Positions 1 to 10,094 are shown, counted from the first letter of the stretch. The stretch: DNA of 64,000 nt from Candidatus Xenobia bacterium (GCA_045863235.1 BTUM01000001.1:1-64000), one strand, 5' to 3'. Made by a program: numbers and translations. The notes: generated by a model not told the origin, from the sequence alone.

Positions 1-100
1 ACACCGGGTTGCTCCGATCCGACCCGGGCCCGGAGCAACCCTCAGGAACCGCTCAGGCAGCACGGGAACCAGCTAGAACCTTCAGGAGGCCGACCGATCT

Positions 101-1465
101 ATGTCCGGCAAGGACAGCCCGACAACCGACTTTTATCCAATCTGGTCCAACTGCCTGGAAGTCCTGGAGAGCACGCTGGACTCACCGGTGCAAAACTCCC
201 TGCAGGGCAGTCGACCACTTTCAGTGGATGGCAACCTCCTCAAGGTTGGCGTTCAGGGGAGTTTTTCACGCGACTTCCTGACCAAGACCCAGAATCGCGA
301 CATCGTCCGGACGGTCCTTCGAAAGGTCACCGGCGAAGATTTCCAGGTCGAGTTTGTGGCCCTGCGCAATGAAGGAGGCGAGCAAGCCTCTGAGCACCTT
401 CACGAGACTCGAGACAGCGAGCCGGAACGCAGCGATGATCTCCTTTTGAATCCTCGCTACACCTTCGATGCGTACATTCAGGGCAGTGGAAACAACCTGG
501 CCGCTGCGGCCGCCCGGGCGGTCGCTGAAAGTCCCGCCAAAGCGTACAACCCACTGTTCATCTACGGGGGAGTGGGATTGGGCAAGACGCATCTCATGCA
601 CGCCATCGGTCACGCTGTTCTGCAAAAGCGTCGGAAGGCCCGAGTGGTCTACATGTCAGCGGAGCGCTTCACCAATGAGATGATCGACTCGATCTCAGAG
701 GCGCAAATGAACAAGTTTCGACGAATCTACCGCAACGTCGATGTTTTGCTGGTCGATGACATCCAATTTCTGGCCAACAAGGAACGCACACAAGAAGAGT
801 TCTTCCATACCTTCAACGAGCTCCACGGGGCCTACAAACAGATCGTCATTTCCAGCGATCGCCCTCCAAAACAGATTCCCACCCTTGAGGACCGACTTCG
901 CTCACGTTTCGAATGGGGCATGATCGCTGACATTCAGCCGCCTGACGTGGAGACTCGCACGGCCATCTTGCGCAAGAAGGCCGAAAAGTGCGGCATCCCT
1001 ATCCCCCATGACGTAACCGCTCTCATCGCCGAAAAGATACCCTCCAACATCCGCGAGCTCGAAGGGGCTTTGACAAGGGTTGTGGCCTATAGTTCGCTGC
1101 AGCGCAAACCCGTCAACCTGACTCTGGCAATGGAGGCGCTTCAGGGCTTGCTCAGTGACTCTCCGGTCCAGATCCTGGACATCCGCTCGATTCAGGAAAT
1201 CGTGGCTGAATACTTTGGCATCACGCTGGCTGACATTCTCGGAAAGAGACGCGACCAGCGTGTTGTTCGTCCCCGACAAGTTGCCATGTATCTCTGCAAA
1301 GAGATGATCGGTGCTTCTTATCCCGAGATAGGACTTCAATTTGGCGGAAAAGACCACACCACCGTCATGCACGCCTATCGCAAGGTCGAAGAGAACCTTT
1401 CAGATACCTTCTACAAAACCAGCCTGGACAACATTACTCAGCGACTCAAGGAGCTTTCCCGTTGA
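101..1465 (+). CDS. dnaA: Chromosomal replication initiator protein DnaA
   Basis: YNPLFIYGGVGLGKTHL Walker A, LLVDDIQFL Walker B, QEEFFHTFN, RLRSRFEWG, C-terminal FGGKDHTTVMHA DNA-binding signature. Confidence 0.99.
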   Translation: MSGKDSPTTDFYPIWSNCLEVLESTLDSPVQNSLQGSRPLSVDGNLLKVGVQGSFSRDFLTKTQNRDIVRTVLRKVTGEDFQVEFVALRNEGGEQASEHLHETRDSEPERSDDLLLNPRYTFDAYIQGSGNNLAAAAARAVAESPAKAYNPLFIYGGVGLGKTHLMHAIGHAVLQKRRKARVVYMSAERFTNEMIDSISEAQMNKFRRIYRNVDVLLVDDIQFLANKERTQEEFFHTFNELHGAYKQIVISSDRPPKQIPTLEDRLRSRFEWGMIADIQPPDVETRTAILRKKAEKCGIPIPHDVTALIAEKIPSNIRELEGALTRVVAYSSLQRKPVNLTLAMEALQGLLSDSPVQILDIRSIQEIVAEYFGITLADILGKRRDQRVVRPRQVAMYLCKEMIGASYPEIGLQFGGKDHTTVMHAYRKVEENLSDTFYKTSLDNITQRLKELSR

Positions 1466-1490
1466 GCCACCCTCCATGCAGCCCTGGGTC

Positions 1491-1531
1491 AAACAACACG
1501 ACGCCGAGCAGTGCTCAGCGTCGTGTTGTTT
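1491..1531 (+). terminator. Long inverted repeat just downstream of dnaA (terminator-like or cruciform)
   Basis: AAACAACACGACGC-c-GAGCA-g-TGCTC-a-GCGTCGTGTTGTTT: 14-bp perfect outer stem plus 5-bp inner stem. Confidence 0.55.
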
Positions 1532-1539
1532 ATGGTATT

Positions 1540-1760
1540 GATTTCCTTTCAACTTTTGGGGGTAACTATGTGAATATCATTCAACATCCCTGGGGAAGGT
1601 CCGACGTGAGCTCTGAGTATATGGGCCCCATGTTCATGAACTTGAAAAAGATCCCATGCTCGTCCCCAGGACGAACCAGTACCAAACACGCTTGAAATCA
1701 AGCGTGCCGAGTTTTTCCCCAGGTACCCCAGGTACTATGATGACGGTTAATTAGATCGAT
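1540..1760. promoter_or_regulatory. Replication origin oriC (dnaA-dnaN intergenic) with degenerate DnaA boxes and DnaA-trios
   Basis: AT-richer than flanks; DnaA-box-like 9-mers at 1557-1565(-), 1569-1577(-), 1591-1599(-), 1660-1668(+), 1713-1721(+), 1722-1730(+), then TAC-TAT-GAT-GAC at 1733-1744 and GTTAATTAGAT. Confidence 0.8.
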
Positions 1761-1781
1761 CAAGGAGGTTCTTCCACTGCC

Positions 1782-2936
1782 ATGCATGTGCACATAGAAA
1801 AAGCTCAACTCGAGGAGGGTCTGCAGGTCGCTTCGCGAGCCATTCACGGTCGCAGCCCGCTGCCCATCCTCAGCCATGTCTTGCTGAAAGCCAATCAGGA
1901 GACGCTTGAGCTTACTGCCACTGATCTCGATCTGGGCTTACAGACGCGACTTCCGGCTCAGGTTGAAGAACCAGGCTCTCTGACCTGTCCGGCTCGCTTG
2001 ATGAGCGAGATCGTGGCCAAGCTTCCTGCCGGCCCGGTTGAGCTTCGGCTCGTTCAAGAAGGGCTGCTGGCGATTCGCTCGCGACGCTCCGAGTTTCACG
2101 TATCCACTCTGCCTGCCGAGGAATTCCCTTCGTTGCCTTCTGCCGACGAAGCCCAGACGATCTGCATTCGCCAGGGTCTGCTCAAGACCATGGTTCGACG
2201 AGTGGCCGTGGCCGCAGCCAGTCAAGAGGAAACCCGGGCAGTGATGACCGGTCTCCTCACGCTGCTCAAAGCCGACTCGATCACCCTGGTTGGGACGGAT
2301 GGCCGGCGCCTTGCCTGCATGCGCCGGGAACTTCCTCTCGATGAGGCCCGGGACACGTCGGCTGTGATCCCTGCCCGAGCCCTTCTGGAGCTTGTGCGAG
2401 TCTTGAGCAACGACGACGAGGACGTCAAGGTGGCTTTCACCCCGGGCCAGGTTTTCTTCCACCTCCCCACGACCTCGATGCACTGTCGGCTGCTCGAGGG
2501 CACGTTCCCGGATTTCGAGAAAGTCATCCCCCGGAATTTTCAGCGTACCTGTCGGGTTGGCAAGGACAGCCTGCTCGAAGGAATGAAGCGGATGCTGATC
2601 GTGGCCCAGGAGAAGCAATCTCCCCACCTGGTTCGGCTCGACTTCAGCTCTGATCGCCTGAGGATCTCGGCCAACACCCCTGACCTCGGCAGCGGGCGGG
2701 AGGAGATTCCTGTGGTGCTAGAGGGAGATGACTTGACCATTGCTTTCAATGGACGCTACATCGTGGATGGGTTGTCCGTACTCGAGGCTGAAGAACTCGA
2801 GTTCAGCCTCCAGGATGAGACACGCAGTGCCGTCCTGCGGCCTTACGGTGAGACTGGATTTGACTATGTGTTGATGCCTGTGCGCCTGCGCGAGCCGGTT
2901 CTCGAGGAGCAAATTCGTGCCGGCGTCGCTTCCTGA
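1782..2936 (+). CDS. dnaN: DNA polymerase III beta sliding clamp
   Basis: LPILSHVLL, ATDLD, GTDGRRLA, RLLEGTFPDFEKVIP, IAFNGRY, YVLMPVR motifs; follows dnaA; SD AAGGAGG at 1762-1768. Confidence 0.98.
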   Translation: MHVHIEKAQLEEGLQVASRAIHGRSPLPILSHVLLKANQETLELTATDLDLGLQTRLPAQVEEPGSLTCPARLMSEIVAKLPAGPVELRLVQEGLLAIRSRRSEFHVSTLPAEEFPSLPSADEAQTICIRQGLLKTMVRRVAVAAASQEETRAVMTGLLTLLKADSITLVGTDGRRLACMRRELPLDEARDTSAVIPARALLELVRVLSNDDEDVKVAFTPGQVFFHLPTTSMHCRLLEGTFPDFEKVIPRNFQRTCRVGKDSLLEGMKRMLIVAQEKQSPHLVRLDFSSDRLRISANTPDLGSGREEIPVVLEGDDLTIAFNGRYIVDGLSVLEAEELEFSLQDETRSAVLRPYGETGFDYVLMPVRLREPVLEEQIRAGVAS

Positions 2937-2944
2937 GGTTGCCT

Positions 2945-2974
2945 TGCCAAGTCTAGCAGCCTTGTGATATAGTT
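2945..2974 (+). promoter_or_regulatory. Putative sigma70 promoter of the rimP-nusA-infB operon
   Basis: TTGCCA-N18-TATAGT with TG extended -10. Confidence 0.6.
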
Positions 2975-2999
2975 TCGGTTGCTCAAATTCCGCTTGAGG

Positions 3000-3030
3000 A
3001 AAAGAGTGGGAAATCCCACTCTTTTCTTTT
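3000..3030 (+). promoter_or_regulatory. rimP leader hairpin / attenuator-like terminator
   Basis: AAAAGAGTGGGA..TCCCACTCTTTT followed by CTTTT; resembles the GAGTGGG..CCCACTC hairpin commonly found upstream of rimP. Confidence 0.7.
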
Positions 3031-3120
3031 GGAGCACAGATAGACACGAACGGGCTCCGTTGAGCGGACTGGGCCCGTTTTCAATTTTGGGGACGGTCAG
3101 TCTGAGGAAAGGAAGCAGGG

Positions 3121-3414
3121 ATGTCCAAGCTCAGCCCCAGGATCCTGGAGCAAATCGAGCGCGAGGCTCGCAAGTTGGCGCTGGAGCACCAACTTGAGCT
3201 GGTGCGTATCGACTACCAGCAACAGGATATCGGTTGGTGCTTGAGCATCATCGTGAATCGCGAAGGCGGAGTGCGGGTGCAAGACTGTGAACGACTGCAT
3301 CGACCCCTCTCGCGACGACTCGATGAACTGGACCTGATTCGCCATCGCTATTTCTTGGAGGTGTCCTCCCCTGGAGTTCCCTCCGAGCAACCCGCCAGCG
3401 AATCGACTCCCTAG
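3121..3414 (+). CDS. rimP: Ribosome maturation factor RimP, N-terminal domain only (97 aa)
   Basis: GGVRVQDCERL, LDELDLI..YFLEVSSPG motif; directly upstream of nusA. Confidence 0.9.
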   Translation: MSKLSPRILEQIEREARKLALEHQLELVRIDYQQQDIGWCLSIIVNREGGVRVQDCERLHRPLSRRLDELDLIRHRYFLEVSSPGVPSEQPASESTP

Positions 3415-3438
3415 CCACCCCGGAGGAGGAACCTGGGA

Positions 3439-4854
3439 ATGAACTCCGACTTTTTGAGTGCACTCAAGCAGATCGAGAAGGAACGAAATATTCCTCTCGA
3501 TATGTTGCTGCATGCCATTGAGGATGCACTTGTTGCAGCCTATAAGCGCAATTTTGGGCCGAATCAAAATGTGATCATAGAAATTGATCGGCATTCGGGC
3601 GAGCTGCATATCTGGCAGCGCAAACTGGTTGTTCCCGAGGTGGAGGAGCCGGGTCTTGAAATGTCGCTGGAGGAAGCTCGAAATTACTCGCCTGATTCCG
3701 ATATCGGCATGGAAATCGATCTTGAGGTTCCCAACGACACCTTCGGGCGGATCGCGGCTCAGACCGCCAAGCAGGTCATCGTGCAGCGGATTCGCGAGGC
3801 CGAACGTGAGGTCATCTACGGGGAATACATCCGTCGTGAGGGCGAGCTGGTCAGCGGCACGGTGCAACGCTATGAGCATCGCAACGTGCTCATCGATCTG
3901 GGCCGAGCTGAAGGTGTCATTCCTCCCAGTGAGCAGGCGCACAATGAGTGGTTCCGCCACGGAGACCGTATCAAGGCCTACGTCATGGAGGTCAAGAATT
4001 CGGCCCGCGGCCCCCAGGTGGTGCTGTCCAGGGCTCAGCCGGGCTTTCTCATGCGTTTGTTCGAGTTGGAGGTTCCCGAGATTCGGCAGGGCATCATTCA
4101 GGTCAAAGCGGTGGTCCGCGAAGCCGGTCTGCGCTCGAAGATCGCCGTGAAGTCCCTGGATTCGTCAGTGGACCCGGTCGGTGCCTGCGTTGGGCCCAAG
4201 GGAAGCCGGGTTCAAGCGGTGGTGGACGAGTTGCGAGGGGAAAAGATCGATGTCATTCCCTGGTCGGATGATTCGATTCTCTTCGTGGCCAACAGCCTGC
4301 AACCAGCTCGCGTTAGCCGGGTGACCCTGTATGAGAGCGATCGCTCGGCCATCGTTGTGGTACCCGATCACCAGTTGTCTCTGGCCATCGGCAAGGAGGG
4401 CCAGAATGCGCGTCTGGCAGCTCGCTTGACGGGCTGGAAAATTGATATCAAGAGCGAGACCCAGGCCCGCGAGATGGCCGAGGTGGAGGCCAAGCAGCGC
4501 GAAGAGCTTAAGAAACTCGCCGCCGAGGCTCCTCCTCCTCCGCCGCCTCCTCGCATCGAGCGCCCGGCTCCTCGTCCGGCTGCTGCCGAAGAGACAGTGG
4601 AGATGGTGGCGGTCAGTGCTCCTTCTCGCTTTACTGAGGTTGAGGCCGTGCCCGACATGGACGTGAACGAGTTCAAGGCGGAGATTGAGAAGATCCCCGA
4701 GCCGGTCATCGGGATCGACCCCAAAGAGGCCTTCTCGATGGACGAGCTTCTCGGCCGTCCTCATCTTAAGGATGAAGACCTGGCCAATCGCGCGCGTTCG
4801 TCAACAGCGGGCAAGAAGGGTCGCAGGAGAGTGGGTCGGTATGATGAAGACTAG
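3439..4854 (+). CDS. nusA: Transcription termination/antitermination factor NusA with Pro/acidic C-terminal tail
   Basis: FGRIAAQTAKQVIVQRIREAER, LFELEVPEI, DPVGACVGPKGSRV, QLSLAIGKEGQNARLAARLTGWKIDI. Confidence 0.99.
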   Translation: MNSDFLSALKQIEKERNIPLDMLLHAIEDALVAAYKRNFGPNQNVIIEIDRHSGELHIWQRKLVVPEVEEPGLEMSLEEARNYSPDSDIGMEIDLEVPNDTFGRIAAQTAKQVIVQRIREAEREVIYGEYIRREGELVSGTVQRYEHRNVLIDLGRAEGVIPPSEQAHNEWFRHGDRIKAYVMEVKNSARGPQVVLSRAQPGFLMRLFELEVPEIRQGIIQVKAVVREAGLRSKIAVKSLDSSVDPVGACVGPKGSRVQAVVDELRGEKIDVIPWSDDSILFVANSLQPARVSRVTLYESDRSAIVVVPDHQLSLAIGKEGQNARLAARLTGWKIDIKSETQAREMAEVEAKQREELKKLAAEAPPPPPPPRIERPAPRPAAAEETVEMVAVSAPSRFTEVEAVPDMDVNEFKAEIEKIPEPVIGIDPKEAFSMDELLGRPHLKDEDLANRARSSTAGKKGRRRVGRYDED

Positions 4855-4905
4855 TGCCCGTTTGGTTTTATCCTCGCGGAGAGGCTGCGAGGCCTTATCC
4901 AGCGG

Positions 4906-5208
4906 TTGAGCGAAAGGCCGGAGCACATCCCTTTGCGAATGTGCGTGGTGTGCAGGGCTCTACGCCCTAAGGCCGCGCTATTTCGCTTTGTTCGGGAGGG
5001 CCCTGGCCCGAAGCTTGCCCTGGATCGCGAGGCACGACCGAGGGCAGGTCGCGGTTTGTATCTGTGCAAGACGCTCGAGTGTCTCGAGCGTCTGCAGAAG
5101 GAGCGGCGCCTGCGCAAGTTGTTTTTGGATCGGTTCAGTGGGGAGGATCTTGCGTGGATGCGGTGCTGTTTGGAGCAGCCCGCAGGCATTAAGGACGTGG
5201 TTGGATGA
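4906..5208 (+). CDS. ylxR: YlxR (DUF448) RNA-binding protein
   Basis: HIPLRMCVVCR, GRGLYLC motifs; canonical position between nusA and infB. Confidence 0.9.
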   Translation: MSERPEHIPLRMCVVCRALRPKAALFRFVREGPGPKLALDREARPRAGRGLYLCKTLECLERLQKERRLRKLFLDRFSGEDLAWMRCCLEQPAGIKDVVG

Positions 5209-7859
5209 GCGGAAAAATTCGAGTTTACGAACTGGCCCGAGAGCTCGGGATGAACGACAGCAAGCCCTTGATCAAGTTGCTCAAAGATATGGGCATCACG
5301 GTCAAGACGGCTTCGAGCAGTCTTCCTGATGACGCGGTCGCCAAGATCCGCGAGGTCGTGGCTCCTCTCGTAGAGCGTGAGCAAGTGCGACGGGAGGCTG
5401 AGGCTGCCGCTGCCAAGGCGCGCGAAGAAGCTGCTGAGAAAGCAAAGACCCAGGCGCCCCAGGCGCCGGCCAAGCCCGCCCAGCCTGTAAGGGTGATGCG
5501 GATCGTCCGCCACGCCACCGCCGAAGAGAAGGCTGCTCTGCTCGACCGGCAAGAGCGCAAGATGCGCGGAGAAGAGCTTGTGTCCAGCGCGACCGAAACC
5601 AAGAAGTTGACAGCTGAGGCAATGATGGCCCGCGAGGAGGTCCCTCCGCCTCCGCCAGCGCCTGTAGAGGTAGCATCCCCGCCGCCGGTGGAGGAGCCCG
5701 TGAAGGTAGCGGTCGCCGTGGCCGAAGCTGCCGAACCGGAAGGAGTGCCTGCGCTTTCTCAGGAGGATGCCTTGCGCCGACTCCCGCCCGACCAGATGAT
5801 TGCGGCCGAGTATCGGGAGAAGCGTCCGGTTTCCCAGCCTGTAGCCAGTGCCGCTCCCACGGCGGTCATGGAAGCCCGTCGGCCTCCGACGGGCCCCCCG
5901 AGCAGCCCGCCCGGTCGTGGGCCAGCCGGGGCACCAGGCCCGGGCCGACCTGGCGGTCAGGTCACGCGGGACATCTTGCCCAGTCGTCCCCGCCGGCCCG
6001 GCCAGCCTCCCAACCGGCCCGGTCCGCAGGGTGGACCGCGGGGTGGTGGACGTCCCAAGAGCAAAGGGTTTTATAAGAATCGACCCAGTCCGGTGCAGAC
6101 CAACCAGCGCAAGTCGGTTGAAATCCCGGAGATGATCGCTGTGGGCGAGCTGGCCAGCCGGCTCGAGGTGCCCGCCAGCGAGCTGATCAAGTACCTGATC
6201 AAGCAGGGCCAGATGGTGACTATCAATCAGGCCCTGGAGTATGAGCAGGCCTCCCAGATTGCCCAGGTTTACGGCTTCGAAGTGGGTCAGGCCCAGGACG
6301 AGGAAGTGGATGTCGCACTGCTCGGAGACGAAGATCAGGACCTGCTCGAGATTCGTCCCCCGGTGGTAACTGTGCTCGGGCACGTGGACCATGGCAAGAC
6401 TTCATTGCTCGACGCCATTCGCGAAACCGAGGTTACGGCCACCGAGGCGGGTGGCATCACCCAGAAGATCGGTGCCTACACGGTTCACCATCGCGACCGA
6501 CTGATCACCTTTATCGACACGCCTGGTCATGAGGCCTTCACCCAGATGCGGGCGCGGGGCGCCAAGGTCACCGACATCGCCATTCTGGTGGTGGCGGCTG
6601 ACGATGGCATCATGCCCCAGACGGTGGAAGCCATCAATCACGCCCGGGCCGCCAAGGTGCCGATCATCGTGGCTTTGAACAAGATTGACAAGCCGCAGGC
6701 CAATCCTGACAAAGTGATGCAGCAGCTGACCGAGTACGGTCTCTTGACCGAGGCCTGGGGTGGCGACACGATCTGTATTCCTGTATCGGCCAAGAAAAGG
6801 ACCGGCCTGAGCGAACTGCTCGAGATGGTCTTGCTGGTGGCCGACATGGGTGAGCTGAAGGCCAACCCGAGCCGCAAAGGTCAGGGAACCATCATCGAAG
6901 CCTGGCTTGACAAAGGTCTGGGTCCGGTGGCGACAGTTCTGGTTCAGAATGGAACCCTGCGGGTGGGAGATACCGTCGTTGTCGGCAACACCTGGGGAAG
7001 AGTTCGCAGTCTGCTCAATGAGAATGGTGAGAAGATCCGCCGTGCCGGCCCCGCCATTCCGGCTGAGATCATCGGCCTGACGGATGTTCCCGACGCGGGC
7101 GACTTCTTGCAGGTTGTCGACGACGAGAAGATGGCCAAGCAAGTCAGTGAGGCTCGCACCCAGAAGAGTCGCCACGCGCGCATCCATTCGGGCTCTCGCA
7201 CAACGCTCGACGATCTGTTCGCAGGGATCTCGGCGGGCGAAGTCAAGGACCTCAAACTCCTCTTGAAGGCCGAAGGCCACGGCAGCGTCGAGGCTTTGCG
7301 GGCTTCCCTCGAGAAACTCTCCACCGACGAGGTGCGGTTGACCATCGTCCACTCGGCGGTGGGGGCCATCAGCGAATCGGATATCATGCTGGCCAGTGCT
7401 TCCGACGCTATCGTGATCGGTTTTAACGTCCGGCCGGATACCTCGGTCAAGCGTCTGGCCGATCAGGAAGGCGTGGACATTCGCCTCTATCGAGTCATTT
7501 ACCACGTCATCGAAGACATCAAGAAGGCCATGACGGGCCTGCTCTCGCCAGACGTCTCCGAAGTCGAGCTGGGCAAGGTGGAAGTGCGCCAGATCTTCAA
7601 GATCACCAAGGTGGGCCGGGTGGCTGGCTGCTATGTCACTGAAGGGAAGATCACGCGCGATGCCGAGGTACGCGTCGTTCGTGAAGGCGTGATCGCATAC
7701 GTCGGCAAGCTGGAATCGCTCAAACGCTTCAAGGACGACGTGAAGGAAGTCACCGAAGGGTACGAGTGCGGTCTCTCCGTGCTGAACTACCCCGACCTGC
7801 AGGAGGGCGACATCATTGAAGCCTTCAAGAAGGAGTACAAGGAGCGCGAGAGCCTCTAG
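5205..7859 (+). CDS. infB: Translation initiation factor IF-2
   Basis: [13 protein letters not shown]-terminus, [45 protein letters not shown]. Confidence 0.99.
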   Translation: MSGKIRVYELARELGMNDSKPLIKLLKDMGITVKTASSSLPDDAVAKIREVVAPLVEREQVRREAEAAAAKAREEAAEKAKTQAPQAPAKPAQPVRVMRIVRHATAEEKAALLDRQERKMRGEELVSSATETKKLTAEAMMAREEVPPPPPAPVEVASPPPVEEPVKVAVAVAEAAEPEGVPALSQEDALRRLPPDQMIAAEYREKRPVSQPVASAAPTAVMEARRPPTGPPSSPPGRGPAGAPGPGRPGGQVTRDILPSRPRRPGQPPNRPGPQGGPRGGGRPKSKGFYKNRPSPVQTNQRKSVEIPEMIAVGELASRLEVPASELIKYLIKQGQMVTINQALEYEQASQIAQVYGFEVGQAQDEEVDVALLGDEDQDLLEIRPPVVTVLGHVDHGKTSLLDAIRETEVTATEAGGITQKIGAYTVHHRDRLITFIDTPGHEAFTQMRARGAKVTDIAILVVAADDGIMPQTVEAINHARAAKVPIIVALNKIDKPQANPDKVMQQLTEYGLLTEAWGGDTICIPVSAKKRTGLSELLEMVLLVADMGELKANPSRKGQGTIIEAWLDKGLGPVATVLVQNGTLRVGDTVVVGNTWGRVRSLLNENGEKIRRAGPAIPAEIIGLTDVPDAGDFLQVVDDEKMAKQVSEARTQKSRHARIHSGSRTTLDDLFAGISAGEVKDLKLLLKAEGHGSVEALRASLEKLSTDEVRLTIVHSAVGAISESDIMLASASDAIVIGFNVRPDTSVKRLADQEGVDIRLYRVIYHVIEDIKKAMTGLLSPDVSEVELGKVEVRQIFKITKVGRVAGCYVTEGKITRDAEVRVVREGVIAYVGKLESLKRFKDDVKEVTEGYECGLSVLNYPDLQEGDIIEAFKKEYKERESL

Positions 7860-7866
7860 AAGCGCA

Positions 7867-8132
7867 GAAGTCGGCCGCGAAGAACTTGTTCTGAGCGGGC
7901 CGCACGGATGAAGGCGCGCAGCGATCATCAGGATAAGGGTAATGGGAAGACTTTGCGCGCTGCTCCAAACCTCGCAGCCCCTGGTCCCAGGAGCGCGGCC
8001 AAAACCGGTTTCCCGGCTGCGCGACTCCCAACAGATTGTGCTATCAGGCCGCCTACAACATCCTGTGTGGCGGAGGGACCCCCGAGAGCGGTAGCTCCTC
8101 CGACATCACAAAGGGGTTTGCGGCCGGACTTC
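7867..8132. other. Structured non-coding element (candidate ncRNA or MITE) between infB and rbfA
   Basis: Ends are imperfect inverted repeats GAAGTCGGCCGCGAA (7867-7881) and TTTGCGGCCGGACTTC (8117-8132); several internal GC stems; no recognisable protein. Confidence 0.4.
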
Positions 8133-8144
8133 CAGGGAGGCAAC

Positions 8145-8558
8145 ATGAGCAAACGCCGCATGGAGCGGGTCAGCGATCTCTTGCGCGAGGTGGCTGCCGA
8201 TGTCTTGCGCAGGGTCAAGGACCCCGGTCTGGGTGACGATCTGGTCAGCATTACCGAGGTCAAGGTCTCGCCCGACTTGAGCTCAGCCAAGTTTCTGGTG
8301 AGCACCCTGGCCGCACCGGAGCGACGTCCGCAGATTCTCGAAGGGCTGAACCGCGCCTCAGGCTTCATTCGTCACGAGATCAACCGCCAGGTCAGCTTGA
8401 AACGGATTCCTCAAGTGAGCTTTGCTTATGACCCCTCGCTCGAGCAAGGCGCCCGTCTGCTCAGTTTGATCAACGAGGCGGCTCGGGGGTTGCCAGCTCT
8501 AGACGAACAGGGCGACTCCGGCCCCGACAATGCCTCCGACGAGGCCTCCAGCCAATAG
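8145..8558 (+). CDS. rbfA: 30S ribosome-binding factor RbfA
   Basis: MSKRRMERV..VKDP..VSITEVKVSPDLSSAK..GLNRASGFIR..IPQVSFAYD; SD GGAGG before ATG 8145 (the ORF-track start at 7908 is too long). Confidence 0.96.
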   Translation: MSKRRMERVSDLLREVAADVLRRVKDPGLGDDLVSITEVKVSPDLSSAKFLVSTLAAPERRPQILEGLNRASGFIRHEINRQVSLKRIPQVSFAYDPSLEQGARLLSLINEAARGLPALDEQGDSGPDNASDEASSQ

Positions 8559-8891
8559 CCCGGTGACTCCTCCGATCGTCGTGCCGACGTGCAGGTAGCG
8601 CTCTTCGACCAGGCTGACCGCCAGGCCCAATCCTCCTCCGATCACCGCGCCTGCTGGTCCGAAGCTCGAGCCAAGGTTGGCGCCCAGAAGAGTGGCCCCT
8701 GCCACCACCCCCCCGAATCCGGCCACCGAGCCCAGAAGTGTGCCGAATCCGCCGCCGATGGCTGCCCCGGTGACGAAGCCTTCCTTGATAGTCAACTGGT
8801 CTTCTTTTTCAGTCCTGGAAGTACTCGGGGAAGGGGCCGAAATGGCCGCCTGGCTTCGAGTATAGCTGGGTAGTTGGCTGTGGATCATCAT
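8499..8891 (-). CDS. Glycine-zipper membrane protein, hypothetical
   Basis: Repeated GxxxG hydrophobic helices (GAAIGGGFGTLLGSVAGFGG, GAVIGGGLG); start uncertain; 60-bp convergent overlap with the rbfA tail. Confidence 0.6.
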   Translation of the reverse strand: MMIHSQLPSYTRSQAAISAPSPSTSRTEKEDQLTIKEGFVTGAAIGGGFGTLLGSVAGFGGVVAGATLLGANLGSSFGPAGAVIGGGLGLAVSLVEERYLHVGTTIGGVTGLLAGGLVGGIVGAGVALFV

Positions 8892-8940
8892 GGCTTTTGC
8901 AGTATAGCTTTGCTGGGCCCCTTTACAGGATAGACCAGAT

Positions 8941-10032
8941 GTGTACAATTCGACGCAGCCCATGATGGTTCAAGCCGCTTATGATTCTCGCCTCGTCCCC
9001 GGCGCACGCAACGCGATCGAGGTCTGTCTTGCGGTCCAATCCCACCAACGAGTGTACATCCTGGCCGACCGAGTCTCGCAGACCATCGCTCAGGCGCTGG
9101 CTGATGTCTGCCGGCGCCTGGGGTCTCCCATTCGGCTCGAGATTCTCGAGGACCACGTGGAGCGGCCGGCAACCTCGCTGTGCGAGGCGCTCATGGGACC
9201 TCTCGAGCACTCGGATGTTGTGCTCTACTGTGTGCGACCGATGGCCAATGAGCTGAGCCATCGCCAGCAGTTTGTCGGGACGGTGGAACGCATGGGGCTG
9301 CGGTATGCCCACATGGTTGGGATTACCGAGTCCATCATGTGCCAGGGTATGCGGGCCGACTTTCGCAAGGTGGATGAGGTCAGCAAGCGTTTGCTCGAGC
9401 ATGCCCGTCGAGCCAGCACGATTACTGTGCGGAGCCGTTTTGGCACCGATCTGGTGGCCACCTTCGACCCCAACCGTATCTGGCGTAAGACCAGCGGTAT
9501 CATCGAGGAGGTGTGGTCCAACCTGCCCGGGGGTGAGATCTTCACCGCTCCTCACTCGGTGGACGGCGTGTTCGTGGTGGACGGCACCATCGGAGACCAT
9601 TTCGGTCCCAAGTACGGATTGATCAGTCACACTCCGATGGTGCTCCACATCCAGGGCGGCTACCTGGAAGCTGCGACCTGCGCCAACAAAGAGCTCGAGC
9701 GTGAATTCTGGGCATACTGTCACCGACACCGCTACTCGAACCGAGTAGGGGAGTTCGCAATTGGCACCAACCTGGCGGTGTTCGAGTTTACGGGCAACTT
9801 GCTCCAGGACGAGAAGATGCCTGGCGTGCACATCGCCTTCGGAGATCCTTACGGGAGCCAGACCGGGGCGGACTGGAGCTGTGGTACGCACGTGGATGTC
9901 ATTACCGGCTCTTGCGACATCTGGATCGACTCCCTCCAGGTCATGGAGAACGGAATCTTCCTGGCCGATCAACTCGGCTTTGACTACAACTACCTGTTTG
10001 AAGATCCCTCGGTCATCCTGGACATCGAGTAG
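8941..10032 (+). CDS. M29 family (thermophilic) aminopeptidase
   Basis: NLPGGEIFTAP, GEFAIGTN, DEKMPGVHIAFG, HVDVI motifs. Confidence 0.9.
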   Translation: MYNSTQPMMVQAAYDSRLVPGARNAIEVCLAVQSHQRVYILADRVSQTIAQALADVCRRLGSPIRLEILEDHVERPATSLCEALMGPLEHSDVVLYCVRPMANELSHRQQFVGTVERMGLRYAHMVGITESIMCQGMRADFRKVDEVSKRLLEHARRASTITVRSRFGTDLVATFDPNRIWRKTSGIIEEVWSNLPGGEIFTAPHSVDGVFVVDGTIGDHFGPKYGLISHTPMVLHIQGGYLEAATCANKELEREFWAYCHRHRYSNRVGEFAIGTNLAVFEFTGNLLQDEKMPGVHIAFGDPYGSQTGADWSCGTHVDVITGSCDIWIDSLQVMENGIFLADQLGFDYNYLFEDPSVILDIE

Positions 10033-10094
10033 TCATCCTCAAAATCCCATTACGAAGCCATTTCTTTTGAGTCAACAAGACTCTCTATGTTGAG

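Noticed and set aside
4851..7928. Long minus-strand ORFs (513 and 508 aa) opposite infB
   Set aside because: Antisense shadows of a high-GC gene; no motifs. The same applies to 19578-20984, 35322-37697, 54970-56208 and similar ORFs
7908..8144. 79-aa N-terminal extension of RbfA in the ORF track
   Set aside because: RbfA homology and a strong SD start at 8145; the extension looks like translated non-coding sequence
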